From NCBI GenBank assembly GCA_964057225.1, contig OZ059898.1:19778001-19842000 (forward strand): 64,000 nt of DNA, in the 5' to 3' direction. Made by a program: the position numbers and the translations under genes. Under the pieces are notes generated by a model. The model was not told where the DNA came from. It saw nothing but the letters and a program-made list of their open reading frames with translations, and did not search any database. The DNA comes from Auanema rhodensis. Its lineage: Eukaryota; Animalia; Nematoda. Shown here in pieces: positions 41,301 through 55,703 of this stretch (position 1 is its first letter; each line of letters opens with the position of its first letter).

Positions 41301-43643
41301 ATATCAACTGATATAAGTTCACACTTATATCCTCGATTTTCACCCTGAAGAATTAATTTTTTCGTTGAATAACATTGTCCATCGTCTTTGCCTTGAAAAA
41401 AGGAATCTAAAAACATCTACTTTTTGCTAAATTATTTTGAAATTTTTCGAAAAAATTTTTGTCAAAATGTTTTTGGAAGCAAGGTTGAGTGTACATGGAA
41501 ACTCAACATACACTAATGCATTATTTTTCAAACGATCATAACTAATTTTTGTATTAAGCGTTTCTCAATGTAGTATAGTGCATTCGATGCGGATTTTTAA
41601 GCTGCGTCGATCTGTGTTATCAGATTTGCGCTAGCTTAAAAATGCACCGAGATATCAACTGATATAAGTTCACACTTATATCCTCGATTTTCACCCTGAA
41701 GAATTAATTTTTTCGTTGAATAACATTGTCCATCGTCTTTGCCTTGAAAAAAGAAATCTAAAAACATTTACTTTTTGCTAAATTATTTTGAAATTTTTTG
41801 AAAAAATTTTTGTCAAAATGTTTTTGGAAGCAAGGTTGAGTGTACATGGAAACTCAACATACACTAATGCATTATTTTTCAAACGATCATAACTAATTTT
41901 TGTATTAAGCGTTTTTCAATGTAGTATAGTGCACTCGATGCGGATTTTTAAGCTGCGTCGATCTGTGTTATCAGATTTGCGCTAGCTTAAAAATGCACCG
42001 AGATATCAACTGATATAAGTTCACACTTATATCCTCGATTTTCACCCTGAAGAATTAATTTTTTCGTTGAATAACAATGTCCATCGTCTTTGCCTTGAAA
42101 AAAGGAATCTAAAAACATCTACTTTTTGCTAAATTATTCTGAAATTTTTCGAAAAAATTTTTGTCAAAATGTTTTTGGAAGCAAGGTTGAGTGTACATGG
42201 AAACTCAACATACACTAATGCATTATTTTTCAAACGATCATAACTAATTTTTGTATTAAGCGTTTCTCAATGTAGTATAGTGCATTCGATGCGGATTTTT
42301 AAGCTGCGTCGATCTGTGTTATCAGATTTGCGCTAGCTTAAAAATGCACCGAGATATCAACTGATATAAGTTCACACTTATATCCTCGATTTTCACCCTG
42401 AAGAATTAATTTTTTCGTTGAATAACATTGTCCATCGTCTTTGCCTTGAAAAAAGAAATCTAAAAACATTTACTTTTTGCTAAATTATTTTGAAATTTTT
42501 TGAAAAAATTTTTGTCAAAATGTTTTTGGAAGCAAGGTTGAGTGTACATGGAAACTCAACATACACTAATGCATTATTTTTCAAACGATCATAACTAATT
42601 TTTGTATTAAGCGTTTTTCAATGTAGTATAGTGCACTCGATGCGGATTTTTAAGCTGCGTCGATCTGTGTTATCAGATTTGCGCTAGCTTAAAAATGCAC
42701 CGAGATATCAACTGATATAAGTTCACACTTATATCCTCGATTTTCACCCTGAAGAATTAATTTTTTCGTTGAATAACATTGTCCATCGTCTTTGCCTTGA
42801 AAAAAGGACTCTAAAAACATCTACTTTTTGCTAAATTATTTTGAAATTTTTCGAAAAAATTTTTGTCAAAATGTTTTTGGAAGCAAGGTTGAGTGTACAT
42901 GGAAACTCAACATAAACTAATGCATCATTTTTCAAACGATCATAACTAATTTTTGTATTAAGCGTTTTTCAATGTAATATAGTGCATTCGATGCGGATTT
43001 TTAAGCTGCGTCGATCTGTGTTATCGGATTTTCGCTAGCTTAAAAATGCACCGAGATATCAACTGATATAAGTTCACACTTATATCCTCGATTTTCACCC
43101 TGAAAAATTAATTTTTTCGTTGAATAACATTGTCCATCGTCTTTGCCTTGAAAAAAGGAATCTAAAAACATCTACTTTTTGCTAAATTATTTTGAAATTT
43201 TTCGAAAAAATTTTTGTCAAAATGTTTTTGGAAGCAAGGTTGAGTGTACATGGAAACTCAACATACACTAATGCATTATTTTTCAAACGATCATAACTAA
43301 TTTTTGTATTAAGCGTTTTTCAATGTAGTATAGTGCATTCGATGCGGATTTTTAAGCTGCGTCGATCTGTGTTATCAGATTTGCGCTAGCTTAAAAATGC
43401 ACCGAGATATCAACTGATATAAGTTCACACTTATATCCTCGATTTTCACCCTGAAGAATTAATTTTTTCGTTGAATAACATTGTCCATCGTCTTTGCCTT
43501 GAAAAAAGGAATCTAAAAACATCTACTTTTTGCTAAATTATTTTGAAATTTTTCGAAAAAATTTTTGTCAAAATGTTTTTGGAAGCAAGGTTGAGTGTAC
43601 ATGGAAACTCAACATACACTAATGCATTATTTTTCAAACGATC
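35347..43643. repeat. Segmental duplication copy 1 (offset 20,357 bp = 58 monomers - 1 bp)
   Basis: Private markers recur at exactly +20357: 35668/56025, deletion ~36190/~56547, 36830/57187, 40810/61167, 42077/62434, 42809/63166. Confidence 0.92.
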
Positions 43644-45628
43644 ATAACTAATTTTTGTATTAAGCGTTTCTCAATGTAGTATAGTGCATTCGATGCGGAT
43701 TTTTAAGCTGCGTCGATCTGTGTTATCAGATTTGCGCTAGCTTAAAAATGCACCGAGATATCAACTGATATAAGTTCACACTTATATCCTCGATTTTCAC
43801 CCTGAAGAATTAATTTTTTCGTTGAATAACATTGTCCATCGTCTTTGCCTTGTAAAAAGGAATCTAAAAACATCTACTTTTTGCTAAATTATTTTGAAAT
43901 TTTTCGAAAAAATTTTTGTCAAAATGTTTTTGGAAGCAAGGTTGAGTGTACTTGGAAACTCAACATACACTAATGCATTATTTTTCAAACGATCATAACT
44001 AATTTTTGTATTAAGCGTTTCTCAATGTAGTATAGTGCATTCGATGCGGATTTTTAAGCTGCGTCGATCTGTGTTATCAGATTTGCGCTAGCTTAAAAAT
44101 GCACCGAGATATCAACTGATATAAGTTCACACTTATATCCTCGATTTTCACCCTGAAGAATTAATTTTTTCGTTGAATAACATTGTCCATCGTCTTTGCC
44201 TTGAAAAAAGGAATCTAAAAACATTTACTTTTTGCTAAATTATTTTGAAATTTTTTGAAAAAATTTTTGTCAAAATGTTTTTGGAAGCAAGGTTGAGTGT
44301 ACATGGAAACTCAACATACACTAATGCATTATTTTTCAAACGATCATAACTAATTTTTGTATTAAGCGTTTTTCAATGTAGTATAGTGCACTCGATGCGG
44401 ATTTTTAAGCTGCGTCGATCTGTGTTATCAGATTTGCGCTAGCTTAAAAATGCACCGAGATATCAACTGAAATAAGTTCACACTTATATCCTCGATTTTC
44501 ACCCTGAAGAATTAATTTTTTCGTTGAATAACATTGTCCATCGTCTTTGCCTTGAAAAAAGGAATCTAAAAACATCTACTTTTTGCTAAATTATTTTGAA
44601 ATTTTTCGAAAAAATTTTTGTCAAAATGTTTTTGGAAGCAATATTGAGTGTACATGGAAACTCAACATACACTAATGCATTATTTTTCAAACGATCATAA
44701 CTAATTTTTGTATTAAGCGTTTCTCAATGTAGTATAGTGCACTCGATGCGGATTTTTAAGCTGCGTCGATCTGTGTTATCAGATTTGCGCTAGCTTAAAA
44801 ATGCACCGAGATATCAACTGATATAAGTTCACACTTATATCCTCGATTTTCACCCTGAAGAATTAATTTTTTCGTTGAATAACAATGTCCATCGTCTTTG
44901 CCTTGAAAAAAGGAATCTAAAAACATCTACTTTTTGCTAAATTATTCTGAAATTTTTCGAAAAAATTTTTGTCAAAATGTTTTTGGAAGCAAGGTTGAGT
45001 GTACATGGAAACTCAACATACACTAATGCATCATTTTTCGAACAATCATAACTAATTTTTGTATTAAGCGTTTCTCAATGTAATATAGTGCATTCGATGC
45101 GGATTTTTAAGCTGCGTCGATCTGTGTTATCGGATTTTCGCTAGCTTAAAAATGCACCGAGATATCAACTGATATAAGTTCACACTTATATCCTCGATTT
45201 TCACCCTGAAGAATTAATTTTTTCGTTGAATAACATTGTCCATCGTCTTTGCCTTGAAAAAAGGAATCTAAAAACATCTACTTTTTGCTAAATTATTTTG
45301 AAATTTTTCGAAAAAATTTTTGTCAAAATGTTTTTGGAAGCAATGTTGAGTGTACATGGAAACTCAACATACACTAATGCATCATTTTTCAAACAATCAT
45401 AACTAATTTTTGTATTAAGCGTTTCTCAATGTAATATAGTGCATTCGATGCGGATTTTTAAGCTGCGTCGATCTGTGTTATCGGATTTTCGCTAGCTTAA
45501 AAATGCACCGAGATATCAACTGATATAAGTTCACACTTATATCCTCGATTTTCACCCTGAAGAATTAATTTTTTCGTTGAATAACATTGTCCATCGTCTT
45601 TGCCTTGAAAAAAGGAATCTAAAAACAT

Positions 45629-48600
45629 TTACTTTTTGCTAAATTATTTTGAAATTTTTTGAAAAAATTTTTGTCAAAATGTTTTTGGAAGCAAGGTTGA
45701 GTGTACATGGAAACTCAACATACACTAATGCATTATTTTTCAAACGATCATAACTAATTTTTGTATTAAGCGTTTTTCAATGTAGTATAGTGCACTCGAT
45801 GCGGATTTTTAAGCTGCGTCGATCTGTGTTATCAGATTTGCGCTAGCTTAAAAATGCACCGAGATATCAACTGAAATAAGTTCACACTTATATCCTCGAT
45901 TTTCACCCTGAAGAATTAATTTTTTCGTTGAATAACATTGTCCATCGTCTTTGCCTTGAAAAAAGGAATCTAAAAACATCTACTTTTTGCTAAATTATTT
46001 TGAAATTTTTCGAAAAAATTTTTGTCAAAATGTTTTTGGAAGCAAGGTTGAGTGTACATGGAAACTCAACATACACTAATGCATTATTTTTCAAACGATC
46101 ATAACTAATTTTTGTATTAAGCGTTTCTCAATGTAGTATAGTGCATTCGATGCGGATTTTCAAGCTGCGTCGATCTGTGTTATCAGATTTGCGCTAGCTT
46201 AAAAATGCACCGAGATATCAACTGATATAAGTTCACACTTATATCCTCGATTTTCACCCTGAAGAATTAATTTTTTCGTTGAATAACATTGTCCATCGTC
46301 TTTGCCTTGAAAAAAGGAATCTAAAAACATTTACTTTTTGCTAAATTATTTTGAAATTTTTTGAAAAAATTTTTGTCAAAATGTTTTTGGAAGCAAGGTT
46401 GAGTGTACATGGAAACTCAACATACACTAATGCATTATTTTTCAAACGATCATAACTAATTTTTGTATTAAGCGTTTTTCAATGTAGTATAGTGCACTCG
46501 ATGCGGATTTTTAAGCTGCGTCGATCTGTGTTATCAGATTTGCGCTAGCTTAAAAATGCACCGAGATATCAACTGAAATAAGTTCACACTTATATCCTCG
46601 ATTTTCACCCTGAAGAATTAATTTTTTCGTTGAATAACATTGTCCATCGTCTTTGCCTTGAAAAAAGGAATCTAAAAACATCTACTTTTTGCTAAATTAT
46701 TTTGAAATTTTTCGAAAAAATTTTTGTCAAAATGTTTTTGGAAGCAAGGTTGAGTGTACATGGAAACTCAACATACACTAATGCATTATTTTTCAAACGA
46801 TCATAACTAATTTTTGTATTAAGCGTTTCTCAATGTAGTATAGTGCATTCGATGCGGATTTTCAAGCTGCGTCGATCTGTGTTATCAGATTTGCGCTAGC
46901 TTAAAAATGCACCGAGATATCAACTGATATAAGTTCACACTTATATCCTCGATTTTCACCCTGAAGAATTAATTTTTTCGTTGAATAACATTGTCCATCG
47001 TCTTTGCCTTGAAAAAAGGAATCTAAAAACATTTACTTTTTGCTAAATTATTTTGAAATTTTTTGAAAAAATTTTTGTCAAAATGTTTTTGGAAGCAAGG
47101 TTGAGTGTACATGGAAACTCAACATACACTAATGCATTATTTTTCAAACGATCATAACTAATTTTTGTATTAAGCGTTTTTCAATGTAGTATAGTGCACT
47201 CGATGCGGATTTTTAAGCTGCGTCGATCTGTGTTATCAGATTTGCGCTAGCTTAAAAATGCACCGAGATATCAACTGAAATAAGTTCACACTTATATCCT
47301 CGATTTTCACCCTGAAGAATTAATTTTTTCGTTGAATAACATTGTCCATCGTCTTTGCCTTGAAAAAAGGAATCTAAAAACATCTACTTTTTGCTAAATT
47401 ATTTTGAAATTTTTCGAAAAAATTTTTGTCAAAATGTTTTTGGAAGCAAGGTTGAGTGTACATGGAAACTCAACATACACTAATGCATTATTTTTCAAAC
47501 GATCATAACTAATTTTTGTATTAAGCGTTTCTCAATGTAGTATAGTGCATTCGATGCGGATTTTCAAGCTGCGTCGATCTGTGTTATCAGATTTGCGCTA
47601 GCTTAAAAATGCACCGAGATATCAACTGATATAAGTTCACACTTATATCCTCGATTTTCACCCTGAAGAATTAATTTTTTCGTTGAATAACATTGTCCAT
47701 CGTCTTTGCCTTGAAAAAAGGAATCTAAAAACATCTACTTTTTGCTAAATTATTTTGAAATTTTTCGAAAAAATTTTTGTCAAAATGTTTTTGGAAGCAA
47801 TATTGAGTGTACATGGAAACTCAACATACACTAATGCATTATTTTTCAAACGATCATAACTAATTTTTGTATTAAGCGTTTCTCAATGTAGTATAGTGCA
47901 CTCGATGCGGATTTTTAAGCTGCGTCGATCTGTGTTATCAGATTTGCGCTAGCTTAAAAATGCACCGAGATATCAACTGATATAAGTTCACACTTATATC
48001 CTCGATTTTCACCCTGAAGAATTAATTTTTTCGTTGAATAACATTGTCCATCGTCTTTGCCTTGAAAAAAGGAATCTAAAAACATCTACTTTTTGCTAAA
48101 TTATTTTGAAATTTTTCGAAAAAATTTTTGTCAAAATGTTTTTGGAAGCAAGGTTGAGTGTACATGGAAACTCAACATACACTAATGCATTATTTTTCAA
48201 ACGATCATAACTAATTTTTGTATTAAGCGTTTCTCAATGTAGTATAGTGCATTCGATGCGGATTTTCAAGCTGCGTCGATCTGTGTTATCAGATTTGCGC
48301 TAGCTTAAAAATGCACCGAGATATCAACTGATATAAGTTCACACTTATATCCTCGATTTTCACCCTGAAGAATTAATTTTTTCGTTGAATAACATTGTCC
48401 ATCGTCTTTGCCTTGAAAAAAGGAATCTAAAAACATCTACTTTTTGCTAAATTATTTTGAAATTTTTCGAAAAAATTTTTGTCAAAATGTTTTTGGAAGC
48501 AATATTGAGTGTACATGGAAACTCAACATACACTAATGCATTATTTTTCAAACGATCATAACTAATTTTTGTATTAAGCGTTTTTCAATGTAGTATAGTG

Positions 48601-50191
48601 CACTCGATGCGGATTTTTAAGCTGCGTCGATCTGTGTTATCAGATTTGCGCTAGCTTAAAAATGCACCGAGATATCAACTGAAATAAGTTCACACTTATA
48701 TCCTCGATTTTCACCCTGAAGAATTAATTTTTTCGTTGAATAACATTGTCCATCGTCTTTGCCTTGAAAAAAGGAATCTAAAAACATCTACTTTTTGCTA
48801 AATTATTTTGAAATTTTTCGAAAAAATTTTTGTCAAAATGTTTTTGGAAGCAAGGTTGAGTGTACATGGAAACTCAACATACACTAATGCATTATTTTTC
48901 AAACGATCATAACTAATTTTTGTATTAAGCGTTTCTCAATGTAGTATAGTGCATTCGATGCGGATTTTCAAGCTGCGTCGATCTGTGTTATCAGATTTGC
49001 GCTAGCTTAAAAATGCACCGAGATATCAACTGATATAAGTTCACACTTATATCCTCGATTTTCACCCTGAAGAATTAATTTTTTCGTTGAATAACATTGT
49101 CCATCGTCTTTGCCTTGAAAAAAGGAATCTAAAAACATCTACTTTTTGCTAAATTATTTTGAAATTTTTCGAAAAAATTTTTGTCAAAATGTTTTTGGAA
49201 GCAATATTGAGTGTACATGGAAACTCAACATACACTAATGCATTATTTTTCAAACGATCATAACTAATTTTTGTATTAAGCGTTTCTCAATGTAGTATAG
49301 TGCACTCGATGCGGATTTTTAAGCTGCGTCGATCTGTGTTATCAGATTTGCGCTAGCTTAAAAATGCACCGAGATATCAACTGATATAAGTTCACACTTA
49401 TATCCTCGATTTTCACCCTGAAGAATTAATTTTTTCGTTGAATAACATTGTCCATCGTCTTTGCCTTGAAAAAAGGAATCTAAAAACATCTACTTTTTGC
49501 TAAATTATTTTGAAATTTTTCGAAAAAATTTTTGTCAAAATGTTTTTGGAAGCAAGGTTGAGTGTACATGGAAACTCAACATACACTAATGCATTATTTT
49601 TCAAACGATCATAACTAATTTTTGTATTAAGCGTTTCTCAATGTAGTATAGTGCATTCGATGCGGATTTTCAAGCTGCGTCGATCTGTGTTATCAGATTT
49701 GCGCTAGCTTAAAAATGCACCGAGATATCAACTGATATAAGTTCACACTTATATCCTCGATTTTCACCCTGAAGAATTAATTTTTTCGTTGAATAACATT
49801 GTCCATCGTCTTTGCCTTGAAAAAAGGAATCTAAAAACATCTACTTTTTGCTAAATTATTTTGAAATTTTTCGAAAAAATTTTTGTCAAAATGTTTTTGG
49901 AAGCAATATTGAGTGTACATGGAAACTCAACATACACTAATGCATTATTTTTCAAACGATCATAACTAATTTTTGTATTAAGCGTTTCTCAATGTAGTAT
50001 AGTGCACTCGATGCGGATTTTTAAGCTGCGTCGATCTGTGTTATCAGATTTGCGCTAGCTTAAAAATGCACCGAGATATCAACTGATATAAGTTCACACT
50101 TATATCCTCGATTTTCACCCTGAAGAATTAATTTTTTCGTTGAATAACATTGTCCATCGTCTTTGCCTTGAAAAAAGGAATCTAAAAACAT
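45629..50191. repeat. Two adjoining dimeric higher-order runs (A/C x3, then C/D x4)
   Basis: Monomers 131-136 alternate A(ctgaaata) with C(ttttcaagc). Monomers 136-143 alternate C with D(gcaatattg). Confidence 0.85.
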
Positions 50192-53100
50192 CTACTTTTT
50201 GCTAAATTATTCTGAAATTTTTCGAAAAAATTTTTGTCAAAATGTTTTTGGAAGCAAGGTTGAGTGTACATGGAAACTCAACATACACTAATGCATCATT
50301 TTTCGAACAATCATAACTAATTTTTGTATTAAGCGTTTCTCAATGTAATATAGTGCATTCGATGCGGATTTTTAAGCTGCGTCGATCTGTGTTATCGGAT
50401 TTTCGCTAGCTTAAAAATGCACCGAGATATCAACTGATATAAGTTCACACTTATATCCTCGATTTTCACCCTGAAGAATTAATTTTTTCGTTGAATAACA
50501 TTGTCCATCGTCTTTGCCTTGAAAAAAGGAATCTAAAAACATCTACTTTTTGCTAAATTATTTTGAAATTTTTCGAAAAAATTTTTGTCAAAATGTTTTT
50601 GGAAGCAATGTTGAGTGTACATGGAAACTCAACATACACTAATGCATCATTTTTCAAACAATCATAACTAATTTTTGTATTAAGCGTTTCTCAATGTAGT
50701 ATAGTGCATTCGATGCGGATTTTTAAGCTGCGTCGATCTGTGTTATCAGATTTGCGCTAGCTTAAAAATGCACCGAGATATCAACTGATATAAGTTCACA
50801 CTTATATCCTCGATTTTCACCCTGAAGAATTAATTTTTTCGTTGAATAACATTGTCCATCGTCTTTGCCTTGTAAAAAGGAATCTAAAAACATCTACTTT
50901 TTGCTAAATTATTCTGAAATTTTTCGAAAAAATTTTTGTCAAAATGTTTTTGGAAGCAAGGTTGAGTGTACTTGGAAACTCAACATACCCTAATGCATTA
51001 TTTTTCAAACGATCATAACTAATTTTTGTATTAAGCGTTTCTCAATGTAGTATAGTGCATTCGATGCGGATTTTTAAGCTGCGTCGATCTGTGTTATCAG
51101 ATTTGCGCTAGCTTAAAAATGCACCGAGATATCAACTGATATAAGTTCACACTTATATCCTCGATTTTCACCCTGAAGAATTAATTTTTTCGTTGAATAA
51201 CATTGTCCATCGTCTTTGCCTTGTAAAAAGGAATCTAAAAACATTTACTTTTTGCTAAATTATTCTGAAATTTTCCGAAAAAATTTTTGTCAAAATGTTT
51301 TTGGAAGCAAGGTTGAGTGTACTTGGAAACTCAACATACACTAATGCATTATTTTTCAAACGATCATAACTAATTTTTGTATTAAGCGTTTCTCAATGTA
51401 GTATAGTGCATTCGATGCGGATTTTTAAGCTGCGTCGATCTGTGTTATCAGATTTGCGCTAGCTTAAAAATGCACCGAGATATCAACTGATATAAGTTCA
51501 CACTTATATCCTCGATTTTCACCCTGAAGAATTAATTTTTTCGTTGAATAACATTGTCCATCGTCTTTGCCTTGAAAAAAGGAATCTAAAAACATCTACT
51601 TTTTGCTAAATTATTTTGAAATTTTTCGAAAAAATTTTTGTCAAAATGTTTTTGGAAGCAAGGTTGAGTGTACATGGAAACTCAACATACACTAATGCAT
51701 TATTTTTCAAACGATCATAACTAATTTTTGTATTAAGCGTTTCTCAATGTAGTATAGTGCATTCGATGCGGATTTTTAAGCTGCGTCGATCTGTGTTATC
51801 AGATTTGCGCTAGCTTAAAAATGCACCGAGATATCAACTGATATAAGTTCACACTTATATCCTCGATTTTCACCCTGAAGAATTAATTTTTTCGTTGAAT
51901 AACATTGTCCATCGTCTTTGCCTTGAAAAAAGAAATCTAAAAACATTTACTTTTTGCTAAATTATTTTGAAATTTTTTGAAAAAATTTTTGTCAAAATGT
52001 TTTTGGAAGCAAGGTTGAGTGTACATGGAAACTCAACATACACTAATGCATTATTTTTCAAACGATCATAACTAATTTTTGTATTAAGCGTTTTTCAATG
52101 TAGTATAGTGCACTCGATGCGGATTTTTAAGCTGCGTCGATCTGTGTTATCAGATTTGCGCTAGCTTAAAAATGCACCGAGATATCAACTGATATAAGTT
52201 CACACTTATATCCTCGATTTTCACCCTGAAGAATTAATTTTTTCGTTGAATAACATTGTCCATCGTCTTTGCCTTGAAAAAAGGAATCTAAAAACATCTA
52301 CTTTTTGCTAAATTATTTTGAAATTTTTCGAAAAAATTTTTGTCAAAATGTTTTTGGAAGCAAGGTTGAGTGTACATGGAAACTCAACATAAACTAATGC
52401 ATCATTTTTCAAACGATCATAACTAATTTTTGTATTAAGCGTTTTTCAATGTAATATAGTGCATTCGATGCGGATTTTTAAGCTGCGTCGATCTGTGTTA
52501 TCGGATTTTCGCTAGCTTAAAAATGCACCGAGATATCAACTGATATAAGTTCACACTTATATCCTCGATTTTCACCCTGAAAAATTAATTTTTTCGTTGA
52601 ATAACATTGTCCATCGTCTTTGCCTTGAAAAAAGGAATCTAAAAACATCTACTTTTTGCTAAATTATTTTGAAATTTTTCGAAAAAATTTTTGTCAAAAT
52701 GTTTTTGGAAGCAAGGTTGAGTGTACATGGAAACTCAACATACACTAATGCATTATTTTTCAAACGATCATAACTAATTTTTGTATTAAGCGTTTTTCAA
52801 TGTAGTATAGTGCATTCGATGCGGATTTTTAAGCTGCGTCGATCTGTGTTATCAGATTTGCGCTAGCTTAAAAATGCACCGAGATATCAACTGATATAAG
52901 TTCACACTTATATCCTCGATTTTCACCCTGAAGAATTAATTTTTTCGTTGAATAACATTGTCCATCGTCTTTGCCTTGAAAAAAGGAATCTAAAAACATC
53001 TACTTTTTGCTAAATTATTTTGAAATTTTTCGAAAAAATTTTTGTCAAAATGTTTTTGGAAGCAAGGTTGAGTGTACATGGAAACTCAACATACACTAAT

Positions 53101-54754
53101 GCATTATTTTTCAAACGATCATAACTAATTTTTGTATTAAGCGTTTCTCAATGTAGTATAGTGCATTCGATGCGGATTTTTAAGCTGCGTCGATCTGTGT
53201 TATCAGATTTGCGCTAGCTTAAAAATGCACCGAGATATCAACTGATATAAGTTCACACTTATATCCTCGATTTTCACCCTGAAGAATTAATTTTTTCGTT
53301 GAATAACATTGTCCATCGTCTTTGCCTTGTAAAAAGGAATCTAAAAACATCTACTTTTTGCTAAATTATTTTGAAATTTTTCGAAAAAATTTTTGTCAAA
53401 ATGTTTTTGGAAGCAAGGTTGAGTGTACTTGGAAACTCAACATACACTAATGCATTATTTTTCAAACGATCATAACTAATTTTTGTATTAAGCGTTTCTC
53501 AATGTAGTATAGTGCATTCGATGCGGATTTTTAAGCTGCGTCGATCTGTGTTATCAGATTTGCGCTAGCTTAAAAATGCACCGAGATATCAACTGATATA
53601 AGTTCACACTTATATCCTCGATTTTCACCCTGAAGAATTAATTTTTTCGTTGAATAACATTGTCCATCGTCTTTGCCTTGAAAAAAGGAATCTAAAAACA
53701 TTTACTTTTTGCTAAATTATTTTGAAATTTTTTGAAAAAATTTTTGTCAAAATGTTTTTGGAAGCAAGGTTGAGTGTACATGGAAACTCAACATACACTA
53801 ATGCATTATTTTTCAAACGATCATAACTAATTTTTGTATTAAGCGTTTTTCAATGTAGTATAGTGCACTCGATGCGGATTTTTAAGCTGCGTCGATCTGT
53901 GTTATCAGATTTGCGCTAGCTTAAAAATGCACCGAGATATCAACTGAAATAAGTTCACACTTATATCCTCGATTTTCACCCTGAAGAATTAATTTTTTCG
54001 TTGAATAACATTGTCCATCGTCTTTGCCTTGAAAAAAGGAATCTAAAAACATCTACTTTTTGCTAAATTATTTTGAAATTTTTCGAAAAAATTTTTGTCA
54101 AAATGTTTTTGGAAGCAATATTGAGTGTACATGGAAACTCAACATACACTAATGCATTATTTTTCAAACGATCATAACTAATTTTTGTATTAAGCGTTTC
54201 TCAATGTAGTATAGTGCACTCGATGCGGATTTTTAAGCTGCGTCGATCTGTGTTATCAGATTTGCGCTAGCTTAAAAATGCACCGAGATATCAACTGATA
54301 TAAGTTCACACTTATATCCTCGATTTTCACCCTGAAGAATTAATTTTTTCGTTGAATAACAATGTCCATCGTCTTTGCCTTGAAAAAAGGAATCTAAAAA
54401 CATCTACTTTTTGCTAAATTATTCTGAAATTTTTCGAAAAAATTTTTGTCAAAATGTTTTTGGAAGCAAGGTTGAGTGTACATGGAAACTCAACATACAC
54501 TAATGCATCATTTTTCGAACAATCATAACTAATTTTTGTATTAAGCGTTTCTCAATGTAATATAGTGCATTCGATGCGGATTTTTAAGCTGCGTCGATCT
54601 GTGTTATCGGATTTTCGCTAGCTTAAAAATGCACCGAGATATCAACTGATATAAGTTCACACTTATATCCTCGATTTTCACCCTGAAGAATTAATTTTTT
54701 CGTTGAATAACATTGTCCATCGTCTTTGCCTTGTAAAAAGGAATCTAAAAACAT
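49490..54754. repeat. Slightly diverged duplicate of block 39311-45277 (offset 29 then 27 monomers)
   Basis: Markers 40810/50989 and 41754/51933 are +10179 (29x351). Markers 43105/52582 and 44885/54362 are +9477 (27x351). Confidence 0.85.
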
Positions 54755-55703
54755 CTACTTTTTGCTAAATTATTCTGAAATTTTTCGAAAAAATTTTTGT
54801 CAAAATGTTTTTGGAAGCAAGGTTGAGTGTACTTGGAAACTCAACATACACTAATGCATTATTTTTCAAACGATCATAACTAATTTTTGTATTAAGCGTT
54901 TCTCAATGTAGTATAGTGCATTCGATGCGGATTTTTAAGCTGCGTCGATCTGTGTTATCAGATTTGCGCTAGCTTAAAAATGCACCGAGATATCAACTGA
55001 TATAAGTTCACACTTATATCCTCGATTTTCACCCTGAAGAATTAATTTTTTCGTTGAATAACATTGTCCATCGTCTTTGCCTTGAAAAAAGGAATCTAAA
55101 AACATTTACTTTTTGCTAAATTATTTTGAAATTTTTTGAAAAAATTTTTGTCAAAATGTTTTTGGAAGCAAGGTTGAGTGTACATGGAAACTCAACATAC
55201 ACTAATGCATTATTTTTCAAACGATCATAACTAATTTTTGTATTAAGCGTTTTTCAATGTAGTATAGTGCACTCGATGCGGATTTTTAAGCTGCGTCGAT
55301 CTGTGTTATCAGATTTGCGCTAGCTTAAAAATGCACCGAGATATCAACTGAAATAAGTTCACACTTATATCCTCGATTTTCACCCTGAAGAATTAATTTT
55401 TTCGTTGAATAACATTGTCCATCGTCTTTGCCTTGAAAAAAGGAATCTAAAAACATCTACTTTTTGCTAAATTATTTTGAAATTTTTCGAAAAAATTTTT
55501 GTCAAAATGTTTTTGGAAGCAAGGTTGAGTGTACATGGAAACTCAACATACACTAATGCATTATTTTTCAAACGATCATAACTAATTTTTGTATTAAGCG
55601 TTTCTCAATGTAGTATAGTGCATTCGATGCGGATTTTTAAGCTGCGTCGATCTGTGTTATCAGATTTGCGCTACCTTAAAAATGCACCGAGATATCAACT
55701 GAA

